From: a virus
Virus record (IMG/VR): IMGVR_UViG_3300044712_000815
Span: 32,001 to 96,000 of that record
DNA: 64,000 nt
Reading direction: 5' to 3' (one strand)
This document shows positions 17,461 through 27,342 of the stretch, in pieces; the stretch's first letter is position 1, and each line of letters begins with the position of its first letter. The translations under genes and the position numbers were made by a program. The notes under the pieces were generated by a model. The model saw only the letters and a list, made by a program, of their open reading frames with translations. It was not told where the DNA came from and did not search any database.

Positions 17461-18212
17461 AAATTTATTTCTTTTTCAATTCCAATAGCATGAAATGGTA
17501 TTGTGTCATATGTATAATAAGAATTGTTCATTTTGGTATCTTTATAAAGTTTAAAAAAAGGTAAAGATGATAATTCTATTTTTAATATAACCCAATTATC
17601 TAAATTTGGTATATGTTGTTCACCAATATTTCTATATTTTTTCTTTAAAAAAATTCTTTTTTCGGGTATAAAATTACATAATTCATTTATATCAGATGAC
17701 AAATATAATCTATCTAAATCGTTTGATACCATATGTTGGGATTTAGGAATTAATCCTTTTAATTTAATTTTTTTAATATAAAAATCTTTTAATGTTAAAT
17801 GATATAATATCAATGGTGTATTTTCAGGTATGTCAAATATTTTATTAAAATACAAAATAATATTGTTGTTACCGCCTTTTAAAGATAAACTATCAATTTT
17901 AAATCCATTATCATCAACTGCTAATGATATAAAATATCCTAATGTGTTATTTAAGTTTGTAATTTTTTTAGTTAAATCAAATATGTTTTTTTTAGATAAT
18001 TCAGATTTATCAAAGTATAATGAAATATATTCATCATTTTTTATATCAATAAAAATATATTCATCATTTAAATATGATAACATTAAATTATTTAATTTTT
18101 CTTTAAATATATCATAAGTTGCAGAATATATTAATCCTTCTTTCATAGATAGATATGTAAGATGATGAAATAAATCAAAATCATCATTAAAATATTTTAA
18201 ATGATTTAACAT
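17457..18212 (-). CDS. ART / RNA 2'-phosphotransferase-fold-like protein
   Basis: LYHLT...IKLKGLIP...RLYLS...ILKI...YTYDTIP. Confidence 0.5.
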   Translation of the reverse strand: MLNHLKYFNDDFDLFHHLTYLSMKEGLIYSATYDIFKEKLNNLMLSYLNDEYIFIDIKNDEYISLYFDKSELSKKNIFDLTKKITNLNNTLGYFISLAVDDNGFKIDSLSLKGGNNNIILYFNKIFDIPENTPLILYHLTLKDFYIKKIKLKGLIPKSQHMVSNDLDRLYLSSDINELCNFIPEKRIFLKKKYRNIGEQHIPNLDNWVILKIELSSLPFFKLYKDTKMNNSYYTYDTIPFHAIGIEKEINL

Positions 18213-18229
18213 AATGTATATATAAAATA

Positions 18230-19204
18230 TTAAATTTTGATATTATCATATAATATTTGTTGATATCCAAAGGGTAAATATTTACTATCTAATCTAGTTA
18301 ATTGCCTGGATGTTTTTATATTTTCAATTACTTTACAGGTAAAATCAAATTCATTATTTTTTTTATAAATAGAAAGTATATCAGTAAGATTATCAATAAA
18401 ATCATCGGAATCAAAATTAATTTCATTTGGATATTTTTGCTTATACATAGAATAAACTGTTTCTGACCCTTTAATACCTATTCCTTTTTTTTCTGCTGTG
18501 AATTTTGCAACACTTAAAATATTATCACCAATATCACCAGCAACAATCTTTTTAAAATAAGATTCTTCTTTATTTACAGATACGATTTTAGCCCGGCTTG
18601 ATATTTTGTCAAAATAATTAAGAAAATCTATGTCATAATTTAAATCAAAAATATCACCTTCAGTAGTATCTTCAATATGTTTTAGAAAAATTTGATAATT
18701 TTCTGGCATAAAAATTTTTTCATCTTGAAATTTGTGGTTATAAATCATATTTATATAGTTATCTGTTGTACTATAACCTAATAATTGATGAAGGTCACTA
18801 TCATTTGATATTATTATATTAGACATTCCTTCTTTATTTGATTCTGTCACAATGTGTGCTATAATATCATCACCTTCAAATGGGTCTATTTGATATAATA
18901 AACAATTATATCTTCTTTTAATATTTTCTTTGAACTTATCGAATGTATCAAATACAAATTCCCAATCTATATCTTCATTTTTTATTCGTTTGCCTTTATA
19001 TTCAGTATATATGTCTTTTCTCCAACTTCTTTTACTATCGGATATAAAATATATTTTATTGAAAGGATAAGCATTAGTTATATTATTAAAATCATTTAAT
19101 AGTAATGTTTCTAAATCACCATAAAGTGTTTTTAATCTGTGTAATATAAATACTGCACGATATAAAAAATAATTTCCATCTAATATATTATTAAAATTAA
19201 TCAT
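18230..19204 (-). CDS. RNase H / 5'-3' (flap) exonuclease, T4 rnh-like
   Basis: LDGNY, SWRKDIYTEYKGKR, EGDDII, SNDSDLHQL, GDIGDNI. Confidence 0.85.
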   Translation of the reverse strand: MINFNNILDGNYFLYRAVFILHRLKTLYGDLETLLLNDFNNITNAYPFNKIYFISDSKRSWRKDIYTEYKGKRIKNEDIDWEFVFDTFDKFKENIKRRYNCLLYQIDPFEGDDIIAHIVTESNKEGMSNIIISNDSDLHQLLGYSTTDNYINMIYNHKFQDEKIFMPENYQIFLKHIEDTTEGDIFDLNYDIDFLNYFDKISSRAKIVSVNKEESYFKKIVAGDIGDNILSVAKFTAEKKGIGIKGSETVYSMYKQKYPNEINFDSDDFIDNLTDILSIYKKNNEFDFTCKVIENIKTSRQLTRLDSKYLPFGYQQILYDNIKI

Positions 19205-19269
19205 ATTTAATTTTGTTTTTTATTATATATGTTATTTTTTCAATTATGTTTAATAATATATAAGTCTAT

Positions 19270-19941
19270 ATGAAAATTAAGTTTACTGAATTTATTACCG
19301 AAGATGTTGCATATCATGGATCACCTTATGATTTTGATTATTTTACATCTAATATGATAGGGCAAGGTGAAGGTGCTTCTGGTTGGGGTTATGGTTTATA
19401 TTTTTCAGAAGATATTGATGATGCAAAGGATTATGCAAGAAAATTAGAACGTGAAAAAGGTGAAGCTAGATTATATAAAGTGAGAATACCAAATAAAGAT
19501 AAATATCTAAATACTTCTTTGGGTGTATCAGATCAAAGTCAATATGTTAAAGACAGTTTAATGAAAATGTCAAATAAAAAGAAAATAAAAATATTAGCCC
19601 AACATAATGACTTTGATTTTGTACAATTCAAAAATGATATTGATAATGAAATATCTGAATATTCATTTGATATAGATAGTGTTGAATATAAAGAACATTT
19701 GCAAGAAACATTAGATTATGAATTTATGAACATTGGTAATGATTTATATAGCATTTTAAAAGAATTAAATCCAAATTGGAATAGTGATGATGAGTATTAT
19801 GCATCAAATTTCTTATATGAACTTGGAATTAAAGGTAATATACATAAAGAATTTGGATATTGGAATTATGTAGTATTTAATGATGATGATATCCAAATAC
19901 TCAAAAAAACCAAACCCAAATTCAATAACATTTTTAATTAA
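19270..19941 (+). CDS. ADP-ribosyltransferase-like (ART-PolyVal-type) putative internal head protein
   Basis: AYHGS.YDFDYF...GWGYGLYFS...AKDYA; C-terminal GIKG...YVVFND; N-terminus KFTEFITE. Confidence 0.6.
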   Translation: MKIKFTEFITEDVAYHGSPYDFDYFTSNMIGQGEGASGWGYGLYFSEDIDDAKDYARKLEREKGEARLYKVRIPNKDKYLNTSLGVSDQSQYVKDSLMKMSNKKKIKILAQHNDFDFVQFKNDIDNEISEYSFDIDSVEYKEHLQETLDYEFMNIGNDLYSILKELNPNWNSDDEYYASNFLYELGIKGNIHKEFGYWNYVVFNDDDIQILKKTKPKFNNIFN

Positions 19942-20218
19942 CGATGTAAGTCATATGTCCAGCATTTGGTTGTCCATCAATATTGGTATAAGTGTAATAA
20001 ATTTCAATAGATTCCAATTCATTTGGCATTCTTTCAACTTTTCCCGTTGTTTCGTTAATTTTCATATTTTCTTTATATACAAATTTGACTGCGGGTTCTT
20101 CACCTAGTAAATTTTTTAATCCCTTTTTAATGTCACCAGTACCTGCATGGGTTAGATTTATATTATTATAAATATAATCATTAATTGCTTTTTCTTTAAA
20201 ATTTTTAATATCATCCAT
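19934..20218 (-). CDS. Hypothetical protein
   Basis: Clean ORF with late-type motif upstream. Confidence 0.6.
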   Translation of the reverse strand: MDDIKNFKEKAINDYIYNNINLTHAGTGDIKKGLKNLLGEEPAVKFVYKENMKINETTGKVERMPNELESIEIYYTYTNIDGQPNAGHMTYIVN

Positions 20219-20265
20219 AATTTTTAATTATTTTTTAATGTATTTTACACATTTATTGTATATAT

Positions 20266-20656
20266 TTAAATGTCAAAGTTCGTTAATTCATGTGGATATG
20301 GAACATATCTGAAATCACGAATTGAACTATGATATATATTCTTTTGTTCACCTTTAATTGGATGAATATATTTACCACTTTCATTTGCTGTATAACAATA
20401 TGTACTATCTACCATCACGATTGCAACTACCACCACCAAAATAAAATAATTTACCACCAATACATTCATGTAAATTATCAATTGCACTTATTACAAATAT
20501 ATTTCCCGTACATCCAACTATCACATCACCAACATTAGGGGTCCATTTTTGTTGTATTTTTTTGTTAAATATACATTCAAGTAAGTATTTTTTATTCAAC
20601 CCCTTAAATGTATCTGGTAAGTAAAATTTTAAATCTTCTATTTTAAATTTTTTCAT
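20266..20656 (-). pseudogene. Gene split by a frameshift near 20405-20412
   Basis: ...YFGGGSCNRDG(R-stop) continues in another frame as DSTYCYTANESGK...HELTNFDI. Confidence 0.5.
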
Positions 20657-20658
20657 AT

Positions 20659-21621
20659 TTATTTATTTATAGCTTCTTTTATATCTGTTATATAAGATAT
20701 TAGGTGTATAATTGGATCAATAGTTTCTGTGTATCTTTCATTATATGATCTTTGTAAATTTACAAGTGTAGCACCAGTTCTTATTAGTTTATCATTATCA
20801 AAAGACATAATTCGATTAAATAATGGTCTTCCTAAAGCTTTCATTAATTCTAATGGATTATCTTGGAAATTGCTAACAACAAAATTGTAATTTTCTTCGA
20901 TATTATTTCTACCATTTAACATGAAGTCAAATATATCAGTATAATTAGAAGAATTCATATTTTGAAGTTGCATTGTATTTTTTGTAATGAATACTTCTTG
21001 AAGTTTTTGTGTAGCACTTCTAAGATCAGGAAAACTTAACATTATTAGTTTTTTGATTTCATCATCAGATATTGTCATTTTAACATTATTTGCAATTGCT
21101 TTCAAATATTTAAAATACCAAGTTTGTAAATATTCAATTTCTTCTTTATTTTTTGGATTGAAATCTACTTTAGTGAATCTTGATATGATTTTATCATCAA
21201 TTTTTTCGATAAAATTTGTTGTTAATATAAATCTGACATGTTGGAAAGTATCAGAAAAACCTTTTAACGCTTTTTGATATTCACCAGAAACCCCATCGAA
21301 TTCATCAAGAAAAATTGTTTTTAGTGTATCTTTTGGCATAAATGGATTAAGACTTTTACAATGATTTTGTAATTGATCCCTTAAAATATTTACACTAGTG
21401 TCTTGTGAAGCATTAAATTCAATATTATCTGTATCTTTACATAATATTTTTGCTAATGTAGTTTTACCCGTTCCTGGTGTATCGCTATAAAAAATCATAT
21501 TTGTTTTTATACCATCTTTTACCAATTCACGGATTCGTGGTAGTAGAATAATCGGAATTTCACCTTTAGTGCTTTCTAAATTTGTTGGTTGGTACTTATA
21601 CCAGAACATTTTATCTTTCAT
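20659..21621 (-). CDS. Sliding-clamp loader AAA+ subunit (gp44/RFC-like)
   Basis: KYQP, Walker A PGTGKTT, NAS, Walker B FLDEFD, SRF, PDLR. Confidence 0.9.
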   Translation of the reverse strand: MKDKMFWYKYQPTNLESTKGEIPIILLPRIRELVKDGIKTNMIFYSDTPGTGKTTLAKILCKDTDNIEFNASQDTSVNILRDQLQNHCKSLNPFMPKDTLKTIFLDEFDGVSGEYQKALKGFSDTFQHVRFILTTNFIEKIDDKIISRFTKVDFNPKNKEEIEYLQTWYFKYLKAIANNVKMTISDDEIKKLIMLSFPDLRSATQKLQEVFITKNTMQLQNMNSSNYTDIFDFMLNGRNNIEENYNFVVSNFQDNPLELMKALGRPLFNRIMSFDNDKLIRTGATLVNLQRSYNERYTETIDPIIHLISYITDIKEAINK

Positions 21622-21753
21622 ATTATCTTTAAATTAATTTCCTAATATATTATGAAAATTAATAAAGGTTTAAAAAATGAAAGGCATCACCCAAATGGAT
21701 GATGCCTTTTTTAACAATTAACAACTATGAATGGGACAAAATCCCAAAAATGT

Positions 21754-22068
21754 TTATAGTTTATTTTTATTACGAAGTTTATTAATTCTTCTAAGTTTTA
21801 ATTTTCGTAATGTTCTAATATCTGTAATTTCTATTATTTCAAAATTTTTGTATTTTTTTAATTCATATTTTGTGGGATTTAATTGGGTAGTTAATAATAA
21901 TATAACTCGTTCACAATTTTTCTTATATTTCCATTGTTGGGCATTTTTGATATTTTTTGTTTTTGTAAAAAAATATCCAGAAAAATTTGATGTAAACTTT
22001 TTGATATATTCATCAACACTAGTTGATTCATTTATTGCCTTTATAATAAATAATCTTTCACTTTTCAT
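21754..22068 (-). CDS. Hypothetical basic protein
   Basis: ORF ending RKLKLRRI; terminator hairpin at ~21680-21712. Confidence 0.5.
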   Translation of the reverse strand: MKSERLFIIKAINESTSVDEYIKKFTSNFSGYFFTKTKNIKNAQQWKYKKNCERVILLLTTQLNPTKYELKKYKNFEIIEITDIRTLRKLKLRRINKLRNKNKL

Positions 22069-22130
22069 TTAACAAACATATAATTTTTCTAGAAGAAATA
22101 AAATTAATATATAAGAAAAAAATATTTTTA

Positions 22131-22970
22131 ATGCATATAGATGAAAAATACAATTATGATGACAATTTTGTTAGGATGACAACTATTGCATTGTGTAAAA
22201 CACTTGGTACTAAAATAAGATGGATAAATCGTTATTCGAATGGTAAAAAAATTAGAGTGTTGATACCATTTTATACTAGTTTTGCTGGTCAGGAAAGAGT
22301 TATGTTGGATGCTTTTGTAGATGATACCGCAAGTACAAGGGTGGAATTAAATACTGATCAAAAACAACGTGGAATTGTGACATTCAAAGGTGGTTCACAG
22401 CGAGATGATGAAGTTGCTAACCCAAACGAATATTTATCAAAAGAAACAAAAATAAACGATGAATTAAAATCTATTATTAGTAGAACAAGAGCTGTTCCAA
22501 TATCTCTTAATTATGATATTCAAATTAGATTAGATAATGAATGGGAAGTTGATACGTGTTATTCTAAAATATTAGATGTTTTTCATAATTATAGATTTTT
22601 TTATATTAATTATTTTGGATTAAAAATAGATGCATTTTTTAAATTTCCTACAGATACCGGAATTGAAATACCACGTGAAATAAATATATCAAGCGATAAT
22701 ATAATAACTATGAAATTTCAATTAGAAGTTATTACATATTATCCAGTATTTACAGTTTTAAGTGATGATTATGAAATATGTGATAATGATGATCAAATAG
22801 ATTGGAACTTTTTAGGTATTAATAAACCTGATGGTAGTGGTGTTCCAAGCTCAATGGGTGAATTGAAACGTGCATATTGGTATAATAATTTAGTTGATAA
22901 TAAATCTAAAGAAGTTTTAATTAAAGAAAAAGAAGAACAACGAAATAATGAAATAAATAATATGGAATGA
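22131..22970 (+). CDS. Tail completion / terminator protein (gp15-like)
   Basis: IRVLIP and AVPISLNYDIQI patterns; late motif; structural context. Confidence 0.55.
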   Translation: MHIDEKYNYDDNFVRMTTIALCKTLGTKIRWINRYSNGKKIRVLIPFYTSFAGQERVMLDAFVDDTASTRVELNTDQKQRGIVTFKGGSQRDDEVANPNEYLSKETKINDELKSIISRTRAVPISLNYDIQIRLDNEWEVDTCYSKILDVFHNYRFFYINYFGLKIDAFFKFPTDTGIEIPREINISSDNIITMKFQLEVITYYPVFTVLSDDYEICDNDDQIDWNFLGINKPDGSGVPSSMGELKRAYWYNNLVDNKSKEVLIKEKEEQRNNEINNME

Positions 22971-23506
22971 AATATTTAAAAGAATTTAAAATATACAATA
23001 ATATTAACAATTTTGATGATGTATATCCCGAACCAATAGATTATTATCAAATTCCATTTTCATTATATGATAATGGAATTTGTATTGAAGGTGAAGATGA
23101 TTATGTGTTGTGTTTTGATAATCATTTTGTTTATGATTATATAAGTGATGTTGATATAGAAAAACATTTAAAAAAAGATTTAAATGATATTGATATATCA
23201 ACTGATTGGACCAATATCAAAAATCATAGTAAAAAATTTGAATTTGAAACCGCATATACAAATAAAGAAAAACATGAATTACGAATTGCTAAATTAATAC
23301 AAGAAATTAAATTGGGTAAAAAAATTAGACCAATTTCAATGTTTTTTGATGAACGGGCATATCAACACGATATTAAAAATTATATTGAAGATGGAAATCA
23401 TAGAATACGTGCTTTGCAATATTCAAAATATGATTATTTTCCTGCATATTTATATGGTAATTTTTCAAAGTTTTTGATTGATTATTTAAATAAAAAGAAG
23501 ATTTAA
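22967..23506 (+). CDS. ParB/Srx-like domain protein
   Basis: RPI...IEDGNHRIRAL; MKYLKEF N-terminus. Confidence 0.6.
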   Translation: MKYLKEFKIYNNINNFDDVYPEPIDYYQIPFSLYDNGICIEGEDDYVLCFDNHFVYDYISDVDIEKHLKKDLNDIDISTDWTNIKNHSKKFEFETAYTNKEKHELRIAKLIQEIKLGKKIRPISMFFDERAYQHDIKNYIEDGNHRIRALQYSKYDYFPAYLYGNFSKFLIDYLNKKKI

Positions 23507-23718
23507 TCTTCTTTTTTTATTGTACGCATTTTGTTGAATGGTTTACCATTAATTGTAATATCACCTTTATCATTCGTATTAATAGATTTAACTTTTATTT
23601 TCTTATTTTTAAATTTTCCAGAAAATATTTCATCTCCTAATTTTATTTTCATTTTCACTTTACCATCTAATGATATTGATAATGATGAATATTCTTCAAA
23701 TGTTTTTATAGTTTTCAT
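23503..23718 (-). CDS. Small putative internal head protein (start 23718)
   Basis: MKTIKTFEEY; GKFKNKK. Confidence 0.55.
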   Translation of the reverse strand: MKTIKTFEEYSSLSISLDGKVKMKIKLGDEIFSGKFKNKKIKVKSINTNDKGDITINGKPFNKMRTIKKED

Positions 23719-23758
23719 ATTATTATATATTAAATTTTTTATAAAAAATAAATCTATC

Positions 23759-23788
23759 AAAAAATGATATTTTTTCTTTAATATATAA
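23759..23788 (+). promoter_or_regulatory. Extended late promoter
   Basis: AAAAA.TGRTAT-N10-ATATATAA, also present before the protease and capsid genes. Confidence 0.55.
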
Positions 23789-23860
23789 CTTAGAAAAGAA
23801 TTAAAAAATTAAAAAGTATGCAAGATATAGCATAGAAAAATAAAAAATAATAAAATTAAT

Positions 23861-25147
23861 ATGAAAAATTTGAAGTACGATTTATTCAATTTTAAAAAAG
23901 ATTTACCAATTGAAGATTCTGAATTAAGTGTAATTACCGAAAGATATATCAGTAATTATGATAAATTTTCTGAAAAAGAATTGGTTGCTTCTTTAAAAGA
24001 AACATTATCACCATTTGCATGGGATAATAAAGTTACAAAGCTTGTTGAATCATTTGAAGATGAAATTAAAAGTGACCCTTTGAATTATAACTTAAAAGAT
24101 TTATACAAAAAAATTGAAAGAAAAAATTATGGTCAAATGTATCGTCCAGCATTAAGTTCTATTCTTAATATAATTAATCAGTCGGACACAGATACAAAGA
24201 TGTCATCAATTGTAAATGAATTGGTGATTCATGATTGGATTCCGGAAGTAAAAATGTTTTTGAATGGTTATATGAATAATCCTATTCAAAGACAAAATTT
24301 AGTAAATTCAGGTAAAGCATCAAAAGTTTTTACTTTAGTTGAAAAGGTAGAAGATGGTAATATGGTATTTATGAAAGATCGTTGGTTTTTAATCAATCAA
24401 GATGAAGTTAAACAAACATTGGTGGAAAATCACATTAAAGACATTGAAAAAATTAGAGAATTTAGAATTTTAGAAAAAGTAATGACAATTGGTGACATCA
24501 AAGAAGATTCTATTTCATTTAGATTAGATGAAAATTTGGTTTTGAGTATTTCAACTAAAAACGATAAAGATGTTTTTTTAAATGAAGAAAAATTAGATAA
24601 AGAAACAACATTAGAAAATTTATTTCAATCAAAAATAATTCCATGGCTTAAAAAGGATTATTATGTATTATCAACAACTGCAGCTAACAATATTGATAAA
24701 TTTGTAGATTTAGATATTGCACTTAAAATCGAAAACACATTGTTCCCACATTTAGAATGTTATGTTATTAATTATAATGATAAAATGTATGTATATAATA
24801 ATGATGCAAGAACAGGTTCTGCTTTCTATGAATATAATTCTGCAAACGATTTGATTAATGATATTCAAAAAGAATTAGATTATGATCTTACTAAATTTTT
24901 AGATAATAAATTATCAAAAGAAGTAAAACATTTAAGAGCATTGGAAGATAAAGAAATGGAAATCAAAGAAGCAATTAAAGAAATTGATGAAAGTTTAGCA
25001 TTATTGAAAGAAAACGAAACCTTAGTGAATGAAGATGAAAATTTGAAAAAAGCATTTGAAAATTTGTTGATTTCTAAACATGAACTTTATAAAAATTTGG
25101 GTATAATCAAAGCAGACAAAGTTAAAGCAAAAAGAATGATCATATAA
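23861..25147 (+). CDS. Probable head-associated structural protein
   Basis: Shares an extended late promoter with the protease and capsid genes; many LxE sites; coiled-coil end. Confidence 0.6.
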   Translation: MKNLKYDLFNFKKDLPIEDSELSVITERYISNYDKFSEKELVASLKETLSPFAWDNKVTKLVESFEDEIKSDPLNYNLKDLYKKIERKNYGQMYRPALSSILNIINQSDTDTKMSSIVNELVIHDWIPEVKMFLNGYMNNPIQRQNLVNSGKASKVFTLVEKVEDGNMVFMKDRWFLINQDEVKQTLVENHIKDIEKIREFRILEKVMTIGDIKEDSISFRLDENLVLSISTKNDKDVFLNEEKLDKETTLENLFQSKIIPWLKKDYYVLSTTAANNIDKFVDLDIALKIENTLFPHLECYVINYNDKMYVYNNDARTGSAFYEYNSANDLINDIQKELDYDLTKFLDNKLSKEVKHLRALEDKEMEIKEAIKEIDESLALLKENETLVNEDENLKKAFENLLISKHELYKNLGIIKADKVKAKRMII

Positions 25148-25339
25148 AATTATTTGATTTAAATATTATGAAAAGGTTTCAGCAATGAAACCTTTTATTT
25201 TTTAACATAAATAATATTATGTTAAATTTTATAAACTTTTACAATTTAATATAATATATATTATGTTAATAGGCATAAAGGTATTTTACTTATATTTAAA
25301 GGCATTCAGTAATTATTTTATACAAAAAAAATATAATAT

Positions 25340-25714
25340 ATGGCAAAATACATAGATGATGATTATTTTTATTACGAAATTAAATTGAGTTTGGGTAAAG
25401 GAAAATTAACACGAAATTCAGAAAAAATGATTATCAAAATAGGTGAAGAAATGATAAAAAAATTCGAACGAAAATATAAAACACCAGATGATAAATTTGA
25501 TTGTATGCAACAAGGTATTTTAATGATGTTACAAAATTGGCAAGGTTTTAATGAAAAAAAATATTCTTCTGCTTTTCCATATTTTTCGGAAATTTGTAAG
25601 CGAGGCATTGCAGCTGGTTTGAATACACTTTATCAAAAAAAGAATAATCAAGATTCACCAAAAATGATAAGTTTGAGTCATTCAAATGATGGCAAAGGAT
25701 TACATAACTTATAA
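25340..25714 (+). CDS. Late-transcription sigma factor (gp55-like)
   Basis: Short sigma region-2-like protein: DCMQQGILMMLQNWQGFNEKKYSSAFPYFSEI. Confidence 0.7.
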   Translation: MAKYIDDDYFYYEIKLSLGKGKLTRNSEKMIIKIGEEMIKKFERKYKTPDDKFDCMQQGILMMLQNWQGFNEKKYSSAFPYFSEICKRGIAAGLNTLYQKKNNQDSPKMISLSHSNDGKGLHNL

Positions 25715-25755
25715 TTCAGCTTAGATTTTTTTATATATACGATAAAAAATAAATT

Positions 25756-26022
25756 ATGGCATTAAAAGATTGGGTTAGAAATGATGGATATTTTGATAAA
25801 ACCCCAGGATTGTCATATACACCATTATATACTAATGATGAAACATTCATTATGTTAGTTCGTGATATACAATTTCAAGATGTCAAAGGTGGTGGATTTA
25901 CATCATTTCCAACATTGTATGATATAGCATCAGCTAATAGGGGTCGAACATATATTCCTATTACAGATAATACTAAACTTATTCAAGATCCACCAAATCC
26001 AAATGCGTTAAGAAAACATTAA
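25756..26022 (+). CDS. Hypothetical late protein
   Basis: Late motif at 25731-25739. Confidence 0.6.
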   Translation: MALKDWVRNDGYFDKTPGLSYTPLYTNDETFIMLVRDIQFQDVKGGGFTSFPTLYDIASANRGRTYIPITDNTKLIQDPPNPNALRKH

Positions 26023-26037
26023 AAAAAATTATTTATT

Positions 26038-26568
26038 ATGTCATTAAATCCAGGCAAATTAGGAAATGTTCGAAATAGTAAAGGTAAGAATAAATATAAC
26101 CAAGGACATTTTATTCCACAAAATGTTGAAAAATATATAGGTCAAACACCAATACAATATCGTAGTTCTTGGGAATTTGCATTTTGTAAATTTTGTGATT
26201 TAAATGAAAAAATTGTAAAATGGAGTACAGAGAGTGTAATTATAACTTATCAAATGGTAAATAAAATTGGTCAAACAGAAACACACCGCTATATTCCTGA
26301 TTTTTGGGTGGAAATGATATCACCAAATGATCCCGAAAAATATGATCGAATGGTAATCGAAATTAAACCAAAAAGTGAAACGGTGCCACCAAATCCACCA
26401 AAGAAAGAAACAATGAAAATGCTTGAAAATTATGAATATTCATTGGTAACATATAAAAAAAATCTTCATAAATGGGCATATGCTAAAGAATGGTGTGAAA
26501 AACGAAATATGAAATTTGTTATAATAACTGAAGATCATCTTAGAATGAGTGGGTTAATACCGAAATAA
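26038..26568 (+). CDS. Head completion nuclease (gp4 / TnsA-N-like)
   Basis: KYIG...YRSSWE...KWSTE...RYIPDF...IEIKP...KWAYA...ITE. Confidence 0.85.
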   Translation: MSLNPGKLGNVRNSKGKNKYNQGHFIPQNVEKYIGQTPIQYRSSWEFAFCKFCDLNEKIVKWSTESVIITYQMVNKIGQTETHRYIPDFWVEMISPNDPEKYDRMVIEIKPKSETVPPNPPKKETMKMLENYEYSLVTYKKNLHKWAYAKEWCEKRNMKFVIITEDHLRMSGLIPK

Positions 26569-26577
26569 TGAAATATT

Positions 26578-27342
26578 ATGGAATTTATAGATGAAGTATA
26601 TGCATTATATGGGCAATATAACAATAACATTAAATTGATTAAAGATGAATCGACATTGATGTTATTTACAAATATTTTAAAAAATCCAAGCAATCAAGTT
26701 AGACCAACAAATATTAAATTATTACAAATTGGTAAATTTTATATTATCAGATACAATTATAATGGTAATAAGTTATGGTGTCCAATTTTAACTGTTACAC
26801 CATTAAAAAACAATAATGAAGAAGGTTTTTTAGAAAGACAACTAAAAATAATAAATAATAAAAATATACTTTATGTTGTAAATTTTGATTATTTACCAAT
26901 TAAATATAAAGCGATATTTATTGATGCAATATTAAAAAACAATTCAGATAGATGCAGTAAAAATAAAGATAAAATCGCTAATGGTGGAACAGTTAAAGAT
27001 GAATTCAATTTTAAAGTTGATTGGGTTTATACATTCCTTAAAAGTAATGGAAATTATAATTATGCTATTACGGCATTTGATATAACCAAAATTGATAAAA
27101 TATTTGAAATATCTTCAACTATATTAAACAGGTTTATGTTCTTAGATACATATTATATTAATAATAAATTGATGTATGAAACGTTAAATAACATCACTAA
27201 TGATCAACTTCGAAATGAATTTTCAAATAAAATTAAGATATATGAAGAAATTTTAAAATTATATGAAACTGATCTTGAAAAATTTTACAAATCATTAAGA
27301 AACTTTGAAAAAAGTTTAAAATTGATTGATAATATTAGTTAA
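26578..27342 (+). CDS. DNA end-protector (gp2-like)
   Basis: IGKFYIIRY...PIL...VNFDYLP pattern; adjacent to gp4. Confidence 0.5.
   Translation: MEFIDEVYALYGQYNNNIKLIKDESTLMLFTNILKNPSNQVRPTNIKLLQIGKFYIIRYNYNGNKLWCPILTVTPLKNNNEEGFLERQLKIINNKNILYVVNFDYLPIKYKAIFIDAILKNNSDRCSKNKDKIANGGTVKDEFNFKVDWVYTFLKSNGNYNYAITAFDITKIDKIFEISSTILNRFMFLDTYYINNKLMYETLNNITNDQLRNEFSNKIKIYEEILKLYETDLEKFYKSLRNFEKSLKLIDNIS

Noticed and set aside
26038-26568. Tn7 TnsA transposase
   Set aside because: The same fold is used by T4 gp4; the context is the head module and no TnsB/C is present.
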